From positions 11,966,001-12,030,000 of the forward strand of contig OZ210885.1 in assembly GCA_964658305.1 (NCBI GenBank): a stretch of 64,000 bases of DNA. The letters run 5' to 3'. The translations under genes and the position numbers were made by a program. The stretch comes from Leptogorgia sarmentosa (lineage: Eukaryota). Within the stretch, counting starts at the first letter, position 1. Every line of letters starts with the position of its first letter. Below are positions 62,628-64,000 of this stretch, piece after piece. Below the pieces are notes generated by a model. That model ran no database searches. It saw only the letters and a program-made list of their open reading frames with translations, and was not told the origin of the DNA.

Positions 62628-63938
62628 CTAGTTATTGTATCGATTCAATTCTGAAAGCGTTCTGCGCTTGCAACCATACACGAGTTTAAACGTTTTTCGA
62701 TATCGTTCTAGTCGTATGAAGTAGACAAAAGGATTGACGGCAAAATTGAGAGAATACATCGACATAGCAACAATGGTAAGAATTGTATTCTTAAATCCAC
62801 CTGCCCGGCCAAGCAGATCATTAACTGACCCTGGAGTGACAGTCATTGTTGCTATGCAAGTGATTATAATGATGGTGTTCAGAAATCTTTGCTCTTTTTG
62901 GTTTTGAATGACTTGGGAATATTTTGAGCGTTTAATTGAAGGGGTTTGGGACAAAATCCGCTCGGGCATTGAGCACATTTGGGTGATGTTCACCGTGGTG
63001 TTATTGTTAACAAAATATCCATTTGATTTTCGTTCACCACCTTGTATACTATGAACACATTCATTCTTCTCTTCATCGTCCGTTTCAATGCGTTGGTTTT
63101 GTCTTCCCGCAGATTCTTCCCCATCGCTATTTAAACCTTTATCCTGAACATTAGCACGTTCATTCGGATTTTGAAAATGCTCAAATAGGTATTGGACTGA
63201 TCTTTCTTCATTTTCAACGCTTTCATCCAGGTTTCCCGGACATTTAGGACTTTCATTTTGTATTGGAGCCCGTTCATTTTGGTTTTGTTCACGTCCATTT
63301 TCACCTTCAACAGAAGCAATCAGGTCGTCAATGGATCTCGTGTTCTTTTTAATGTTAGTTTCGTTTTTCATTGAGGTTACATTCTTTGAAGACGCAACTT
63401 GACTGGTAATTCTTAACATGGATCTAGCTTGTTGTTTTAAGGCAACATATGCCTTAACGTACAGTATGGCTGTTAGAATTACCAACATAATGCCAATCGC
63501 TGATCTTACCAAAATATCACTGTGACTTGGCACAAGAGCCTTCTTTATGGCATGGATGGAACTTAGCAACCAAACGAAAACGATCCACACTGAGATTTTA
63601 CCTTTGCTCATTAAAATGCGATGTCTAAAAGGATATGTTATCATCAGGTAGCGATCAAGAGCAATTGAAAATATTGTCAGCATTGACGAGTAAAATGAGA
63701 AATATAACAGGAAGAAAAAAGAAGCATTTTTCAACTCCTGATCAATCTGTGTTAAATTTGCCACGCTAAAAACCAAATCAGATAAAGCTAGATTTCCAAC
63801 AAGATACGTTGCTGAATTTCGAAAGCATTTTAATGGATCTTTCACGAACGCGATCAGAAGCATCGAGTTGGCCACAATTCCAACACAGCAGATGAAATAT
63901 GTCGGGACAAATTTCACGTCGGTCCCTTTGGGAAACAT
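62628..63938 (-). CDS. Single-exon rhodopsin-like (class A) GPCR with long third intracellular loop
   Basis: GIVANSMLL (TM1), NLALSDL (TM2), IALDRY (TM3), NPFVY (TM7); seven hydrophobic segments. Confidence 0.93.
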   Translation of the reverse strand: MFPKGTDVKFVPTYFICCVGIVANSMLLIAFVKDPLKCFRNSATYLVGNLALSDLVFSVANLTQIDQELKNASFFFLLYFSFYSSMLTIFSIALDRYLMITYPFRHRILMSKGKISVWIVFVWLLSSIHAIKKALVPSHSDILVRSAIGIMLVILTAILYVKAYVALKQQARSMLRITSQVASSKNVTSMKNETNIKKNTRSIDDLIASVEGENGREQNQNERAPIQNESPKCPGNLDESVENEERSVQYLFEHFQNPNERANVQDKGLNSDGEESAGRQNQRIETDDEEKNECVHSIQGGERKSNGYFVNNNTTVNITQMCSMPERILSQTPSIKRSKYSQVIQNQKEQRFLNTIIIITCIATMTVTPGSVNDLLGRAGGFKNTILTIVAMSMYSLNFAVNPFVYFIRLERYRKTFKLVYGCKRRTLSELNRYNN

Positions 63939-64000
63939 GATGAATTGGTATTCAGGATTTAAAGCCCAGTACTATGACGTCCTGCTTCGAGTTAAAACTT

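Overview
AT-rich, intron-containing animal genomic DNA; gene content and repeat families suggest an anthozoan cnidarian (inference). Four host genes can be modelled from splice sites and motifs. (1) A minus-strand kinase-KEN ribonuclease (IRE1/RNase L-like, about 446 aa) with no ankyrin repeats and no luminal or transmembrane part. (2) Directly upstream and co-oriented, a 4-coding-exon gene (about 292 aa) with a CXorf38/DUF4559-like HEPN domain (RNPWAH) and a coiled coil. (3) An 8-exon secreted astacin metalloprotease with two ShK domains (about 377 aa). (4) A single-exon class A GPCR. The rest is a dense mobile-element landscape: a 4-kb telomere-like minisatellite; a three-level nested insertion (P-like element inside a tRNA-core TIR element inside a Harbinger); a Harbinger whose transposase and MADF genes are interleaved on opposite strands; a Penelope retroelement with a minimal hammerhead ribozyme and an inverted pLTR hit by three insertions; a 2.6-kb foldback with a 9-bp TSD; tandem 2-kb duplications; and many MITEs, including five unrelated palindromes sharing one GNA-triloop hairpin centre. 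All gene models are read by eye and have no expression support.
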